DNA from: Mobula birostris
Taxonomy: Eukaryota
Assembly: GCF_030028105.1 (NCBI RefSeq)
Contig: NC_092379.1
Location: 28,947,821-29,011,820 of the forward strand
Reading direction: 5' to 3'
DNA: 64,000 nt
The notes beneath the pieces are model-generated. The model did not search any database. It was given only the letters and a program-made list of their open reading frames with translations, and had not been told where the DNA came from. The position numbers were made by a program, and so were the translations under genes. Shown here in pieces: positions 1-13,559 of this stretch (position 1 is the stretch's first letter; every line of letters starts with the position of its first letter).

Positions 1-111
1 TAGTAATGGAATTTTTCGAAACGGTAAACGTACCACTAAATTGAGAGTTTCAGAAATTCGAAATATACCTTTGGAAACAGATGCAATAAATTTCTGTTCC
101 TTCTACAGTCA

Positions 112-1258
112 CAAGGAAATCTACAGATACTGGAAAATCAAGCAACACACACAAAAAATGCTGATGAAGACAGCAGGCCAGGCAGCATCTATAGGAAGAG
201 CTACAGTCGACGTTTCGGGCCGGGACCCTTCGGCAGGACTAACTGCAAGAAGTGATAGTAAGGGATTTGAAAGTGGAGAGGGAAGGAGAGATCCGAAATG
301 ATAGGAGAAGACAGGAGGGGAGGGGTGGATCTAAGAGCTGTAAAGTTGATTGCCAAAAGGGATACCAGACTGGAGAAGGGGGAGGATCATCGGACGGTAA
401 GCCTGGGGAGAAAGAGAGGGGGGGAAGGGGAGCCCAGAGGTTGGAGTGCAGGCAAGGAATTATAGTGAGGGGGACAGAGGGAGAAATAAGAGAGAGAGAA
501 AGATAAAAGGGGGGGGGGAAATAAAACATATATTAAATAAATAAATAAGGGTTGGGGTGTGAAGGCGATATGGGGCATTAACGGAAGTTGGAGAAGTCAA
601 TATCCATGCCATCAGTCTGGAGACTACCTAGACGGAATATAAGGTGTTGTTCCTCCAACCTGAGTGTGACTTCATCTTTACAGTAGATGACCCGTGGACA
701 GACATATCACAATGGGAATGGGATGAGGAATTAAAATGTTTGGCCACTGGGAGATCTTGCTTTCTCAAGTGCACAGAGCGTACGTGTTCAGCGAAAAGGT
801 CTCCCAGCTTGCGTCGAGTCTCGCCAATATATAGAAGGCCGCACCGGCAGCATCGGACGCAGTATATCGCGCCAGCCGAGTCACAGGCGAAGTGTCGCCT
901 CACCTGGAAGGACTGTCTGGGGCCCTGAATGGTGGTGAGGGGGAAATTGTAAGGGCAGGTGTAGCACATATTCCGCTTACAAGGATAAGTGTCGGGAGGG
1001 AGATCGGTGGGAAGGAATTGGAAGCGGGGGGTGGGTGCTAATGATCAAGGAAATGTGTAGGGAGCGATCCCTGCTGAAAGCAGAAAGGGGGAAGGGGAGG
1101 GAAAGATATGCTTGGTGGTGAGATCCCGTTGGAGGTGGCGGATGTTACGGAGAATTATATGTTGCACCCGGAGGCTGGTTTGGTGGTGAGTAAGAACAAG
1201 GGGAACCCTATTCCTAGTGGATTAGTGGAAGGATGTGGTAAGTGCACATGTGCGTGAA
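112..1258 (-). mobile_element. Penelope-like retroelement 3' fragment (GIY-YIG endonuclease region plus pLTR-like tail)
   Basis: ORF 628-969(-) has AIYCVRC..LLYIGET.R.L..LFAEH...PVA.HFN, a GIY-YIG signature. Tail has a hammerhead-like sequence at 204-241 with a mutated core (CTGCCGA). Paralogous copy at 60583-61710. Confidence 0.85.
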
Positions 1259-2306
1259 ACAGTAATCACCAGTAATCGGTTGTTCTCTCTATATGTCTCT
1301 TCCATCGGAGGGAAAACACTAAAGTGGAAAAGCAGTTTCTAGTTTGCACAAGTATACATTCTAACCGATTATAAGAGTATTGAACTGTGGAATGAAATAG
1401 AATCTCAATCCCAATCCACCAGGGTCTGATCATGTTCTTTATTTGATGGCTGCGCAGCTTTTATATACGTCTGTTACACTTTGTTTATATTGTTTTATTA
1501 TTTTACTTTGTACTACCGCGATAAGCAGTACAATGCATTCAACTGCAATAAATGAATCGATGCAATCCTGCAATAATAATGAGCACATTCCGTTCGCAAT
1601 CTAGATACGTATACCAAAATAATCCATGTGGTGATTATATCGGATCCGTTAAATCTAGTTGGGAAAACAGATTATACAAGATAACACTCTGTTGTGTTCC
1701 AATTCCCTCTCTTCCTCTCACCTCTTTCATACTGAATATGACGTCAAAATATGAGTCTTAGCGTAGTATGCGGTCGCCTGTATGTATTTTAACCATAAAA
1801 TTACTTTCAACACTGAACCTCTTTCACACAGCACGGGAATACACCGACGAACATAGTACCTGCATTCTCTGTCACGCTAAACATACACAGGTTCTGTCGG
1901 ATTATCTATATTCTCAGTATAAACCATGAGTAGCTGTTGTACCTTCGTTAATTTCAGTGGGCTTTAATGTCTGGGTTTCGGTAGCATGCCACTTTGAATT
2001 CTTTGTCATTCTGGAAAGCACCAATTTTGCAACCCTCTGTTTTCCATTGACCACTTTAAATATATCCCGGTTCTACTCCGTCCGTATTATTTTTCCTTGC
2101 AAATAAGCGAACAAAGTGGCCAAACACAACGTCAGTCGAGGCTATCCATCGTTATATACCCTTACAGTAAAAGAAGACGGGCGAATGTACATTGTGTTAT
2201 TCAGGAAATGAATTGCAAATTTCCACTTCGGTTGCGCCTTGTAATGAGTAACTGTTCCTTCAGTTTCGGTGCCTTGTGCTGCTGCTTACAGCGCTCTTCC
2301 GCAGGG

Positions 2307-2374
2307 CACGTGACCATAGATGATTTCCGGGTGCGCCCCTTCCAGATTCACCGCGAACAGGCGCCCTCCTGTGA
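2307..2374 (-). promoter_or_regulatory. RSS-distal module: CTCF-like motif (2361-2374, TCACAGGAGGGCGC on minus) plus E-box CACGTG (2307-2312)
   Basis: Similar to the CTCF core CCASYAGRKGGCRS; same spacing recurs after other V segments. Binding is not shown. Confidence 0.55.
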
Positions 2375-2398
2375 GAGCTTTTTGCATCATAAAGGACT

Positions 2399-2437
2399 GT
2401 TTTTTGTCAGGACCCGCCGTCTCCATACAACAGTGTG
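2399..2437 (-). other. 23-RSS of V segment A1
   Basis: Heptamer CACACTG (2431-2437), 23-bp spacer, nonamer ACAAAAAAC (2399-2407). Confidence 0.9.
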
Positions 2438-2857
2438 GTACTCACTGCACAGAGATACCTGCCAGAGTCCGACATCAGAGCTTCATAAATGTTCAATTGA
2501 GCCGTCCTGCTGTCTCTCTGCAACCTAACGGTAAACCGATTAATTCGATTCATTCCTACATAGCTGGTTACCTTCACCAAATACTTTGGAGGTTCTACAC
2601 TATGTTGAATGTACCAAAACATATAGTCAGCATCGTCAGTGTAATTACAGTTCAGTGTAATGTTCTGTCCTTCCTTGGCCGTTAAGTCGGGAGGATCCTG
2701 CGTCACTGAATCTTTCCCACTCGCTCCTGCAATAAAGGACAGAATACATCAACAACGCCGGCTTGTATTGAACGCCGGGATAATTCGCTGGCTACCTTCG
2801 CAAACACTCACCAGGCAGCACAAGCAGTCCAATCATTAATAAACAGAGGGAAATCAT
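2438..2857 (-). CDS. TRAV: TCR alpha/delta-type V segment A1, intact (leader 2812-2857, intron 2727-2811, V exon 2438-2726)
   Basis: Leader MISLCLLMIGLLVLP-G, GT-AG intron, in-frame GASGKDSVTQDPPDLTAKEGQNITLNC..FWYIQH..DSGRYLCAVST with Cys-Trp-Cys, followed by 23-RSS. Symbol is class-level only; alpha vs delta cannot be fixed from the window. Confidence 0.9.
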
Positions 2858-2925
2858 GGTGTCTAATTTCTGACTGAATCGAACGGCAGATGCCTTCCAA
2901 GACGTAGCTATCACTCAACAGATAT

Positions 2926-3035
2926 TGTGGTGTGAGGTCTTTTCAGCGATACCTTTCACCTTATGTAAGAGCGGATGCAATCTCCTTGTTAAACAATTGG
3001 CTGACACAATGAACCAAAAGTATCTGAGCACCAAT
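2926..3035 (-). promoter_or_regulatory. Conserved V promoter elements: RUNX-type TGTGGT (2926-2931) and two oppositely oriented CCAAT boxes (2996-3000, 3031-3035)
   Basis: The CCAAT pair (35-36 bp apart) recurs upstream of other family-A leaders and the divergent V at 48.6 kb; TGTGGT recurs in several family-A copies. Confidence 0.5.
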
Positions 3036-4139
3036 CAGAATCTGTTTCTCCATACGTCATTCTACCTGTTTCTCCGCTATTTCATAGTCCCGCGTTCCTC
3101 TCTCTCTCTCTCTCTCTCTGTCTCCTTCTGACTGTGTGCTACTGACTTTGTTACCCTGTTATCTGCATTATCACAACTTATTCAAAAATTTATCAATGTG
3201 TAATCATACCCAACTAGGCATTTTCCACATGGTCGTTTCTTCGACATCGACAGCATGCTGCTGGAAGCAGTTCATTTATTTATTTGTTTGTTTAGTTAGT
3301 TATTTGGTGATATATCCCACAATAGTCCCGTAGGTCAACATTTTTCAATCTTCCGGCATTGAACTAGTTATTCAATGTCAGCAAGTGTTCATCTAGTTTT
3401 TGTTTGCTGTTGCGGAGCCAATCTGCCATCCACGCCAATAGACTCCTGAAAGCACACTTTGTGCAGTCAGCAATTTCTTCGTTAAGAAAAATACTCACAT
3501 CTGCATGCCCCTTGTAATTATTTCAAATCAAATTAAAATATCGTAATAACGCATTCGCCATTTCCACCCATAGGTCAAAGCGCTGATTGTCCTCTCTGTC
3601 TATGCCTCTGGACATATTATGCACAGTTATTAAGTTACCTCTCATCTTCCTTCTTTACAGAAAGAAAGGGCCTTGTTCGCAGAAACTGAAATGACCTGTG
3701 GAAGAAACAGGCACTTGCCGATGTGTAACTGAAGTTGAGCATTACGATTCCTCTTCCTTTAATTGTCGATGCAGAGAGCCAGATCTTTCCCACACGCTTC
3801 TACAGAAGAAGGATAAAATAACTGAACATCAAGTGTTTCCATTGCACCTGCGAGACACCAATGACTATTTGCGAAAAGAATCGCCAGGCAGCGTAGACGA
3901 TATAATCAGTAAGGGTCAAGGACGCACATGGCGTCTGCTCTCACGCACGGTCCTAAGCAGATAACAAGAAGCTGATACCACAGATTTGCGAGAATTATGT
4001 CAGATACGCTGCACCCTTCACTTCGTGGAAAACCTCCGTAATTTGTTCTTCTAACTGGAAGTTGAACCTTGGAAGTCAGAGCTGAGATTATTTCACCACC
4101 GTCGTGAATGGAACCAATACACACTCGGTTTACTTATCA

Positions 4140-4850
4140 GTCATTCACTTTCATTCAGGTGCCTTGCCGATCGGCGTGGGCGATCAAGTGTCTCCATCCA
4201 TCACGGTCCCTGACCCTCCGAATTGTAATTGTTGCCTGCCCTGTTTCTAACCATGATGTTATTCCATCTATCATTTTCATTCTCTGTCTCGCTCTGTTAC
4301 TTTTCCTTCCAGTTTTCCAGTTGTAATTAAATGTTCTAATGTCTCTCTTCGGATGATGTATCCAAAGAATATTGATTGCTGTTTTCTGAGTTTTTAAGTC
4401 ATGTACGTTTTCTTTTCGTTCGCTGTAGCACTTCTTCGTCGGTTATTCTGCCCGTATATGATATGCATATCATTCTTCTGAGGAACCACATCTCTGCTGC
4501 ATCGATTCTATTTACCGTTGCAGTTGTGATTGTCCATGACTCGCAACCATACATCAAGTATAGGAAGAATTTAGCAGCTAAGTGCTCTAAGGCGGTTGTC
4601 AATTGCTGTTTTCTTGTTCGTTAGGATGTTTCTCATTTCTGTAAATGCTGTTCTTGCCATTGCTATTCTTGCTTTTATGTCTGTTTCGCATTTGCCATCA
4701 GATGTTACCCATGATCAAAGGTACCTGAAGTCGTGAACATGTTTCAGGATTTTATTTCCCAATACGATCCTACAGTTTGGGATATCAGTTTTATTTGCTA
4801 TTACCATTACTTCAGTTTTCTTTTTGTTTAAGGTTCGTCCAAGTCTTTCG
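4140..4850 (-). mobile_element. RTE-clade LINE, degenerate C-terminal fragment
   Basis: ORF 4399-4602(-) LMYGCESWTIT..AAEMWFLRRMICISYT.RITDEEVL matches the RTE ORF C-terminus pattern. Confidence 0.7.
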
Positions 4851-5567
4851 CTGTCTGTGTTGAAAGTAGATCATTCACTCTAACTATATTCTGTTTGTCA
4901 ATCTCACCTTTCCATTTTTGTTCGACTTTAATAAACACTTCATTTCTTGCAATGAATTCCTTCTGTCCCTATCTTGTTACTGTCTTATATTTCCGACGCT
5001 ATTTCACTCAATGGCACCCAGTCTGCCTCTGTATTCCAATTTTACTAATTCATCAATGTAGCTTTAAACTTGTTGTGGGAACTGCCTTTCATCCAACGCC
5101 AGTCCATTCGGTATTAATTTGCAATTCGTAAAATAGATATCAATTTATCTGTGCTTTTAGGACGCTAATGTCAATAGACACCACCTGCAATTTATCTTCA
5201 TTGGAAGCATTTAGTGTGACAGCATGTCGAATGCTATCTAGTTATATACAACCTCAGTATCTCTTGGTTGTACTCATCTTCACTGTTAATACCTCGAGGT
5301 AGTGAAAAATGAAGTCCAGCAAAAAATTAAACACAAGATATTCTTAGAGACAACAGAGCGACATGGACACCACCATATAGTAGAAATGCTTCGGAAAGCC
5401 ACCACAATAACCCTGGGTAAATCTAAATTCAAGCAGTGTTCCACAAGTTTAGTCACATTTTGTTGCTGAATGCGGCATTTCAAATCCACCACGTGATCTT
5501 CATGCTTTCTGCGTACAGCTGTTCCAGTTCCGCAGCAAAAGGCGCCCTCTAGTGACTACGCAACGCT

Positions 5568-6023
5568 GGAGTTTGTCCAGACCCGTTGTTTCCCTACAAC
5601 ACTGAGGGGTCCTTTGTACAGAAGTACTGGATACGCTTGAGTCTGGGACAACAATTCCACAGATACTTGAATGAGCTCACTCTGCGTATGTGCATTACAA
5701 CTGGAAACCTCGCCCGACATTCTGAGGCCGCTGCCGTTTTCCTCAGCCATAGAGCTTCAGCAGGTTTTAGGACATTCTCCGCGATGCGGAGTGTATCAAA
5801 TAGGTTTGTCTTAGTTCGTGTGTAACTGCATTTCAGTGTTATTATCTGACTTCCGTCAGCCGATAATTTTGGAGCATGCTGATGACAGATTTGAACTTTG
5901 AAATAAAGGACAGAATGCAGTGACTTCCCTGACTTGCACTGAACTACACTCTCGCTGGTCATGTGTGCAGCATCTTAGCTGTGAGGATGGAGAATGAAAC
6001 CTATAAGAAACTGAGGAACACAT
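5568..6023 (-). pseudogene. V pseudogene, family B (B1), with 23-RSS remnant
   Basis: Leader ATG 6023 with donor mutated to CT; frameshifted V (IITLKCSY..LLKLYG..QYFCTKD); heptamer CTCAGTG (5600-5606), 23-bp spacer, nonamer ACAAACTCC. Confidence 0.8.
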
Positions 6024-6219
6024 ATTCACTCGCTTCAGCCCCGATAGGATCGCAAATCACTTAGAAGAATATATCAACAGGACAGATAATGAAAAGTAAA
6101 ATGTATGAGAAGTAGATTGAATGGTGCAGTGCTCAACGATTGCAAGATAAAACCAGAACATAGGCTATATGAGAACTAGTCAGAATCCAGTTACGTTGAA
6201 ACCCCCATTTTGCCTTTTC

Positions 6220-6374
6220 NNNNNNNNNNNNNNNNNNNNNNNNNNNNNNNNNNNNNNNNNNNNNNNNNNNNNNNNNNNNNNNNNNNNNNNNNNNNNNNNN
6301 NNNNNNNNNNNNNNNNNNNNNNNNNNNNNNNNNNNNNNNNNNNNNNNNNNNNNNNNNNNNNNNNNNNNNNNNNN
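6220..6374. other. Assembly gap (155 N)
   Basis: Run of N at the position where the paralog (~54060-54130) has a CT-rich tract. Confidence 0.95.
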
Positions 6375-6859
6375 CCCCACTCTACCTCTCGCCATTTATC
6401 TCTCTTAACCTCCGTCTCTCTTTCTAACTCTCTTGTTCTATCCCTGCCTACTTCTCTCTCTCCTTCTCACTCCGGACATTGATTTCTCTTTCTCTGTTTA
6501 TCTACATGTTTCAACGCTCTAACAACTCACTCTCGCTGTCTTTGGCATTCTGCCCCTGCTCTATACTTTTTCACACATTGTTACTCCATGCTAACCAGTG
6601 TATTCGTGACGAATCCGAGGAGTCATCCGCAAAGTTATGACTTTCCACTGTTGCTGTTATGTAACTTATTATTACCATTTTAAGTTATTGACGGAATATT
6701 TTTCAATCTTCGAGGACCCCGTTGGCTATTTCTTTTCAATAGCACATCAAATATCTCGTCCCATGAACGAGCTGGGATTAGATGTTTAGCGGACATGCAA
6801 GGCTCTGCCTAGAGCAGGCAAACATTGCGAACACTGAGGTCTCCCAGATTTGTATCGCC

Positions 6860-7274
6860 GTGGAATGTTGGTGCTGACCTGCGCAAAGCTATTCAGTGGA
6901 TTCCGGCACGATTCCCCCGAACTTATTTAAGCAGAACATCTTTGCCCAGACACCCGTAATATTACTGGACTGTCTTCGCGTAGAACAATATCTCCTATCA
7001 GGAATATTTCCATCGATTTTCCGGAATATTGAACGCACGACAAATAGGTTATGCCAGATTCCATGAGACTGCAGCACAGTGACACGGTTTGCCCTTCCAT
7101 GGTCATTAAATCTCTCTTTCTGAGGTTCACAAAATCTGCCTCACTCGTCCCTGTATCAAACCCCGAAGGTGTGAGGGGCGCCTGAACGCAGTGACCTTGG
7201 AGGGCACGCTCTGACGGCTTCGTCAGGTCCACCAAGCAGAGTAGTAAGTACAAAGAACATCGCAGTGGGAACAT
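6860..7274 (-). pseudogene. Highly degenerate V relic, family C (C1)
   Basis: RDLMTMEGQTVSLCCS..TYLSCVQYSGKS resembles FR1-FR2 with the Trp lost; no recognisable RSS; paralogs at ~19.2, 36.6 and 54.8 kb. Confidence 0.6.
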
Positions 7275-9570
7275 GGTAATTTGAATAAAATAAACAGATG
7301 AAGATTTGAAGACGTTACTCCGATAAAACAGAAGTTACTCAAGTAAGTTCAAGAGACTTTCCGGGAGACTCGGCGCTTTCATTTCGAAGTATATTCGTCT
7401 TCCCTCTCTCTTCCTATGTTCCTGTTGGAGAGTTTATTGCCGATTGCTGTCAGGGATATTGGAATTAAAAGAATGCTTGACTGTAACATTGAAGCAGCGA
7501 CTGCTGTCTCCTATTCCGCTTTCGAACAAGCCATATCAGACTCTCCCTTGTTAGTGTGAGAGACAGAACGCCTGTGGGACAAAGAAATGATGCAGTAAAC
7601 AGCTGTTTTTTCCTGTACTGTAGGCCAAGCCTCTCCTTGTACCTTTGCGGTGACTTCGAGGGTGGCTGGTGGTGGAAAAGCTGATGCTTTATATTGCAAT
7701 GAGTGAGAGAAGTAGAAGCGAGTTAGGTTAATGCTGCCGGCCGCTGATTTTGCGAACGACGTGACAGTGGGCGTTCAGGTTCTTACCTTTTTTTCTGATA
7801 TTGATGCTTTGGGTTTTTGTTCTGTATTAAAGATATCTGTGGAGACTATATATTCAGGTCATGTATTATGTCCATTCTCTGATTTTAAACGTAACCGTTA
7901 AAGCATGCTGGGCATTCTTTTCACAGTACTCTGTTATATCTGCGAACAGCAAAATATATAATGAACGTAAACCAGTTTGGGTTATCTGTAAGCGTCTGTA
8001 AAGTGAAGGAATACATCAGTCTGTCGTTAATTAGTGCATAAAATATCGGTTGAGCGGGGAGGCGGAGGTAGTTGTGTACTGCAGACCGCCTATCGTTGCA
8101 CCCTGGCGATATCTGGCGTTATTTCACCATGGATCCGGTTGGATTCCGACAATTTCGATGCTGTCAACAAATACTTCTGTGCTCAATATCCACTTTTTGC
8201 GCGTTACCAAGTACTACACTGCCCGCAAAAGACGTCCTGGGTAGCATGTGCCCGTGATCGGAGGATCACTGAGTGTGGACGTTAAGAGGAATGTGCGACA
8301 ATTGGACCGATATATCAGTTGACCATAAGACCATAAGAATCGAGGAACTGAATTAGGCCACTTGACCTTTCGAGTCTGCTCCAACATTTCAGATGAGACA
8401 GTGTGGTTATGGAATTCTTCGACATAGTAAACATTTAACTAATATAAGAGGTTCAAAAAATCGAAATATACCTTTGGAAACAGAAGCTATCACTGTGTGC
8501 TCCCTCGGTAGTAATGTGACATTCCCTCTCTGTGTCTCTTCGATCGTGAGGTGATTCAAAGTTCTAAAAGCAGCAATAGATTATTTCCTTTGCAAGAGTA
8601 TTGAACGCTAGGATAAAATTGAATCTCAATCCCATCCACCTCGGTATGACCTTGCTCTTTAATTCCTGCCTGCGCTGCATTTTATACGGTTCTGCAATTT
8701 ATTTTCGCGCTATTTTATTGTTTAACTTTGTACTACCTCCGCAAGGGGTGTATTCAATTCATCTGTAAAAACCGAATCGAGGCAATCATATGACAATAAT
8801 AAACAAATTTCTATCCAATTTACATATGTAGCGAACATCACTTGGCGATAAAATTAGATCAGTTAAATCTGGTTGGGAAACTACATTATTCAAGCAATTA
8901 CCCTTTTGTTATCCCATTCCCTCTCTCCTCCCTCGCTCTCTTTTAGACTGCAAATGCCTTAAAAAAATATGAATCTCGGGGTAGTATGCGATCACGTATA
9001 TGTAGTTTAATCATAAATTCATTTTCAGTATTGAACCTCTTTCTCACAGCAACGACCAAAATAGTATCTGCATTCTCTGTCACGCTAAGCATCGCAGGCT
9101 GTGTCGCATCATCTAAATTCTCAAAATAATCAATAAGTAGTTTTTCCAACATCCTGACTTTCATTAGCGTGCCACTTGCAATTCTTCATCAATCGGAAAA
9201 CCAGGAATTTTCTCACCACCTGGTGTCCTTTAGTCAGCCATTGTGCCATTTAAGTATATCCCGAATCTACTCCGTTCTCATTATTTCTCACTGCAGACAT
9301 TCAAACAAAGGGCCGTAAGAAAATGTCAGACAAGGATCTCAATGGTGATATACCATTGCAGCAACAGAGCGTGGGTGAATGCACATTCCGATATCCCGGA
9401 AAGTTGTGTAGTTCCAGTTTGGGTCCGCGTTGTAATCAGCAACAGTTCCTTTAGATTCGGCGTCTTGTGCTCTTAAGTAGGATACGTGACCATGGCTGAT
9501 GAGTGCGCCCCTTCGAGTTTCGTCGCAAAATGACTCCCTCCAGAGAAAGCTTTTAGCATTATAGAGGACC

Positions 9571-10040
9571 AGTTTTTGTTTGCATCCGCCGTCGCCGTAC
9601 AACAGTGTGGTGCTCATTGCACAGACGTACATGCCAGAGTCTGACACAAGACTTCACTGATATTCTATTGAGCCATCTTGCTGGCTTTCTGCAAACTAGC
9701 GGTAAACCTCACTGGGCAATCTTGATGGCACTCCATTCCTCCTGTGCTATGTACCTTCAGCAAATCATTTGGACGTTTTACGCTATGTTGAACGTACCAA
9801 AAGATATTTGCACTAGCGTAAGTGTAATTGCAGTAAAGTGTTATGTTCTGTCCTTCCAGAGCCATTAAGTCGGGGGGCCCTGCGTCACCGAATCTATTCC
9901 GCTCGCTCCTGCAATAAAAGGACAGAATACATCAACTTCGCTTGCTTGTATTGACCGCCGGGGAAATTCGTTGGCCTGCTTCGCAGAGACTCACCATGCA
10001 GCGCAGCCAATCTAATCAGCATTAAACAGATGGAAATCAT
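9571..10040 (-). pseudogene. V pseudogene, family A (A2), with intact 23-RSS
   Basis: Leader 9995-10040, V exon 9610-9908; 1-nt deletion in FR1 (CAG GGC CCC CCG ACT TAA), TAG in FR3 and a second frameshift; RSS CACACTG-23-ACAAAAACT. Confidence 0.9.
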
Positions 10041-13000
10041 GGTGTCTAATTTCTGGCTGAATCGAACGGCAGGTTCCTTCCAAGACGTAATTATCACTTA
10101 ATAGATATTGTGGTGTGAGATCGTTTCATCAATACCTTTCAACTACTGTAAGCGCAAGGACGTTTCCCCGGTTAAAGGATTGGCCGACACAATGAACCGA
10201 GCCTTTCTGAGCACCAATCAGAATTTGCTTTGTTTCGATTCGACATTCTGCCTGTTTCTTCGCTCTTTCAACGTCCCGCGTTCTCCCACACTACTCTCTC
10301 TCTCTCTCTCTCTCTTTTTCTTGCTCTCTCTGTCGTCTCTCTCTCTTTCTCAGTGTGCTCTACTTCCTCTGCATATTCATTACACTTACTTATCAATGTG
10401 TAATCCATCACAAGCCCTTCAGGTTGTCGCTTCTTCAACATCAGCAAGTAGTTGACGTATTTATTTATTTGCTTTATTACTTCGTTGTATGAAGACCCTT
10501 AAGCAGGCCTTTAAGACAATATGTTTCAGTCTTCTGGCATTGAACTAGTTTTTCAATGTCTGCAAGTTATCTTTTCCCTAAGCTTTCTATGCTCTAAGGG
10601 AGGCATCTGCTAAACACGCCAATAGACTCCTGACAGTGCACTCTGTGTAGCCAAAATATTCTTCGTTGAAAACTCACATCTGGCATTCGCCTTGAGATGT
10701 TTTCCAATCGTCTTAAAACATCGTCCTCTTGCGTCCTCTTTGAAGCAACGAGATCAACTTGTCTTTGAAGTCTCCAACCTCAGCTACGGGAAACTCGGGT
10801 TCCAATTCGGTACTCTTACTACCACTGCACTCCTCTCTGTAGGTATGGGCCAGCTTCCCCCGGGACAACAATAACACTAGGCTGATCAACTACCGTCACA
10901 TCTTCCCTAGCCTGGACGAAACGAAATCTTAGCCCGCTGCTTGGTTAAACTATCGACGTCGCTGATCCACCTGTTTTAGCAACAAAGGACAAAACCTTTC
11001 AGCATCCCGGGAGGGTGCTTAACCCGGGAAATTTTGAGGTACTATGAGAAATTCACCAGACACAATTACTATGAGAATCAGAAGTAGGATCCTGATCAGG
11101 ATCAGCTGGGTTCCTATAAAATCGGGTTTACTACCAATTCTAGCCTGTCTGTTTGTAATTACCTCCGCCGAACTCTTTCTTACTCGCTTCCTTTGTTTCT
11201 CTTTTTTTTTCATTCGCCGCCCTTCCGTTACTTCCCTTGACTTCCTGTTTCTTTCATACTGCTCCGTCCTCTTTGCAACAGCTTTCGTTATGGCCATGCT
11301 ATTACAATCTCTCTCTCTCTCTCTCTATTTATCCATCTATCTCTTTCTCTCTCTCCCTCTTTCTGTTTTTCTTTTGCTCCTCTCAATTTAGCTTTTCTGG
11401 TTCTTTATCGTCCTACCTATTTCTTTTTCCGTGTACACCACTCGCTTCCTCTACTCCATCACTCCCAAATTCTTAGGAACTAGACGGTTGCTGAAGTGGA
11501 AAAGTGACATTCACCATGAGCGGGATAACTAGCCTGTGTGAATTACTGATACTAGTAAATTTCAATATTTCGAAGCATATCGTTGCACTGCAGCAGAGAA
11601 GGGAACATAATACAGATCATGATATATGGTATTATGTGGGCATTTCTTTTAGGTAATGCACTTCTAATCAACTGCATTTTGCACGAGCGAGTTTGAGTCC
11701 CACACTTGCTGTCTGAGGTAATTTCAAATAAGATTGGACGGTACGGTGTGATTTTATTAAGACTCAAATGAATGAAGGTTTGAATCAGAAAATCAAACGA
11801 TTCGTGAAAAGTGCAAATAACAACGTATTACTGAAACAGTTACTGGACATAACTAGAAATACTCAGTCTGCCTGGAAACGACTATAGAGATTAACGGTTC
11901 AGACCTTTCATGAGACTGTCAACTAATTTGGACAGTGTCATCAAAGGGATTGTTTCATGCATAAAACGATTAAAATAATGGTGGTAAAATATCAAGTTAG
12001 AAGTTTGAAAACAGATGCTTTCATTCTGTTTACCTTACTTCGACAATAAACTGAACTTTATGTGTGTTCTCTCTTCCAGTCGTGCTGGTAATACATTATG
12101 GACAGGGATAGTTTCTGTTCTGCGTACATCAGAGTAATGGGCTGCAGGATGAGACAGTCTGTTAACCCCCAATGCACTTGTTCTGGCCTTACTCTTAGCT
12201 GCCATTCATTATTTGGTTATTTTGGCTGTTACTTTCTTCTGAATTTCAAAAGTCTTATACTATCTCCTACTATCTCATCACACAGTGCAATGAATTGATC
12301 TGTATGATCGGAACCAATTCAACATTTCACAGTGTGTTGGCACATTTCGCTATTTTATAAATGCAACTCTAACTTCGATATTTAACAAGTCATTGGAAGG
12401 ACGCCGTTGTCATTGACATAACTATTCTGGATACATTAACCAATCTTGTTTTGTCCTACCTTGTCACTTCTATTCCTTCCTCACAGATTGTGAACGCATC
12501 TATCACAATTGTATCCGCTATATGTATCATACTATAGATCCATCGGTCGTGTGACTTATGTAAATAATCGATAAAATGAAAAGTATTTGTCACAGCATCC
12601 TATCTTTCAGCGGCATACCACTTGTTATGTATAGTCAAACCGAGGAACACCGATTTTTCCCCACCCTCTGATTTTCGTTTTTGAATCAATGTCAATAGAT
12701 TCCAAATGAGCATTCACCTTGACCTGTAGCATTTCATGTTGCACCTCATTCAATGTTTTCTATTTCCAAGTTCGACGATAACCTCACTGTTGCTCCCTCA
12801 AGGATCCCTAACAAACTGGCAAAAAACAACGTTGAATATAGTTGATAACCGTGATATGGCATCCCAAGCAAAAGAGGATATTTAGATACCGTAGATATAC
12901 AAGAAATGCAATGTAATGCTTTCATTTGAGTTGAATGCAAGAATAGTACTCAAACTTGACAGCTTTTGCGAACACGCGACGCCCCTTTAAGTCGACCACG

Positions 13001-13559
13001 TAACCTTACTAATATCTGTATCCGCCCCTTGCATTTAAATGGCAAAGGCCAAACAGGCCCTCCGCTGACATTTGTTGAATTACCCAGAACTGTTTTATTT
13101 TTGTTTTTGTCCGTACCTGAGGTTTCCCTGCAAGAGCGTGGTTCCTCATAACACAGAGGAACATGGTGCAGTTGCAACAAAGAGCTCCAAGATATTCTTG
13201 GCGTTAACACTAACCGGACATTATGGAGAGCGCTCGAAATTTTCCTGAAATTATTTGAGAGATTCCCCGTAATACTGATTGTACTAAAAGTAGTTACGCC
13301 AGAGCTAGTGTTGTGTTCTCTCTTTCTCAAACTTTAATTGAAGGGAACCCTACATCACTATGTTTTTCACTCAGTAAAAGATAGAATATTGGACGATCCC
13401 TGGCATGCACTAATCTTACTAGAAATGAGTTGGACGCCACTTCCCGACACTCGCTGGGCAAAATGCCAGTGCAAACTATAAGGTACAAAGGAATGGCCCA
13501 TGGCGTAGGGCTTCTGACTCTGTCGAAAGGCAGTCTAGTTTCCAAGTAGTTACTTTTAA

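Noticed and set aside
2560-2575. AGY serine codons in CDR2 as a somatic-hypermutation targeting signature (shark TCR alpha is known to hypermutate)
   Set aside because: AGY codons are also frequent in the frameworks of these genes; no evident bias without a formal hotspot count.
6169-6482. ORFs spanning the N runs (also 22871-23166)
   Set aside because: Artefacts of translating through assembly gaps.
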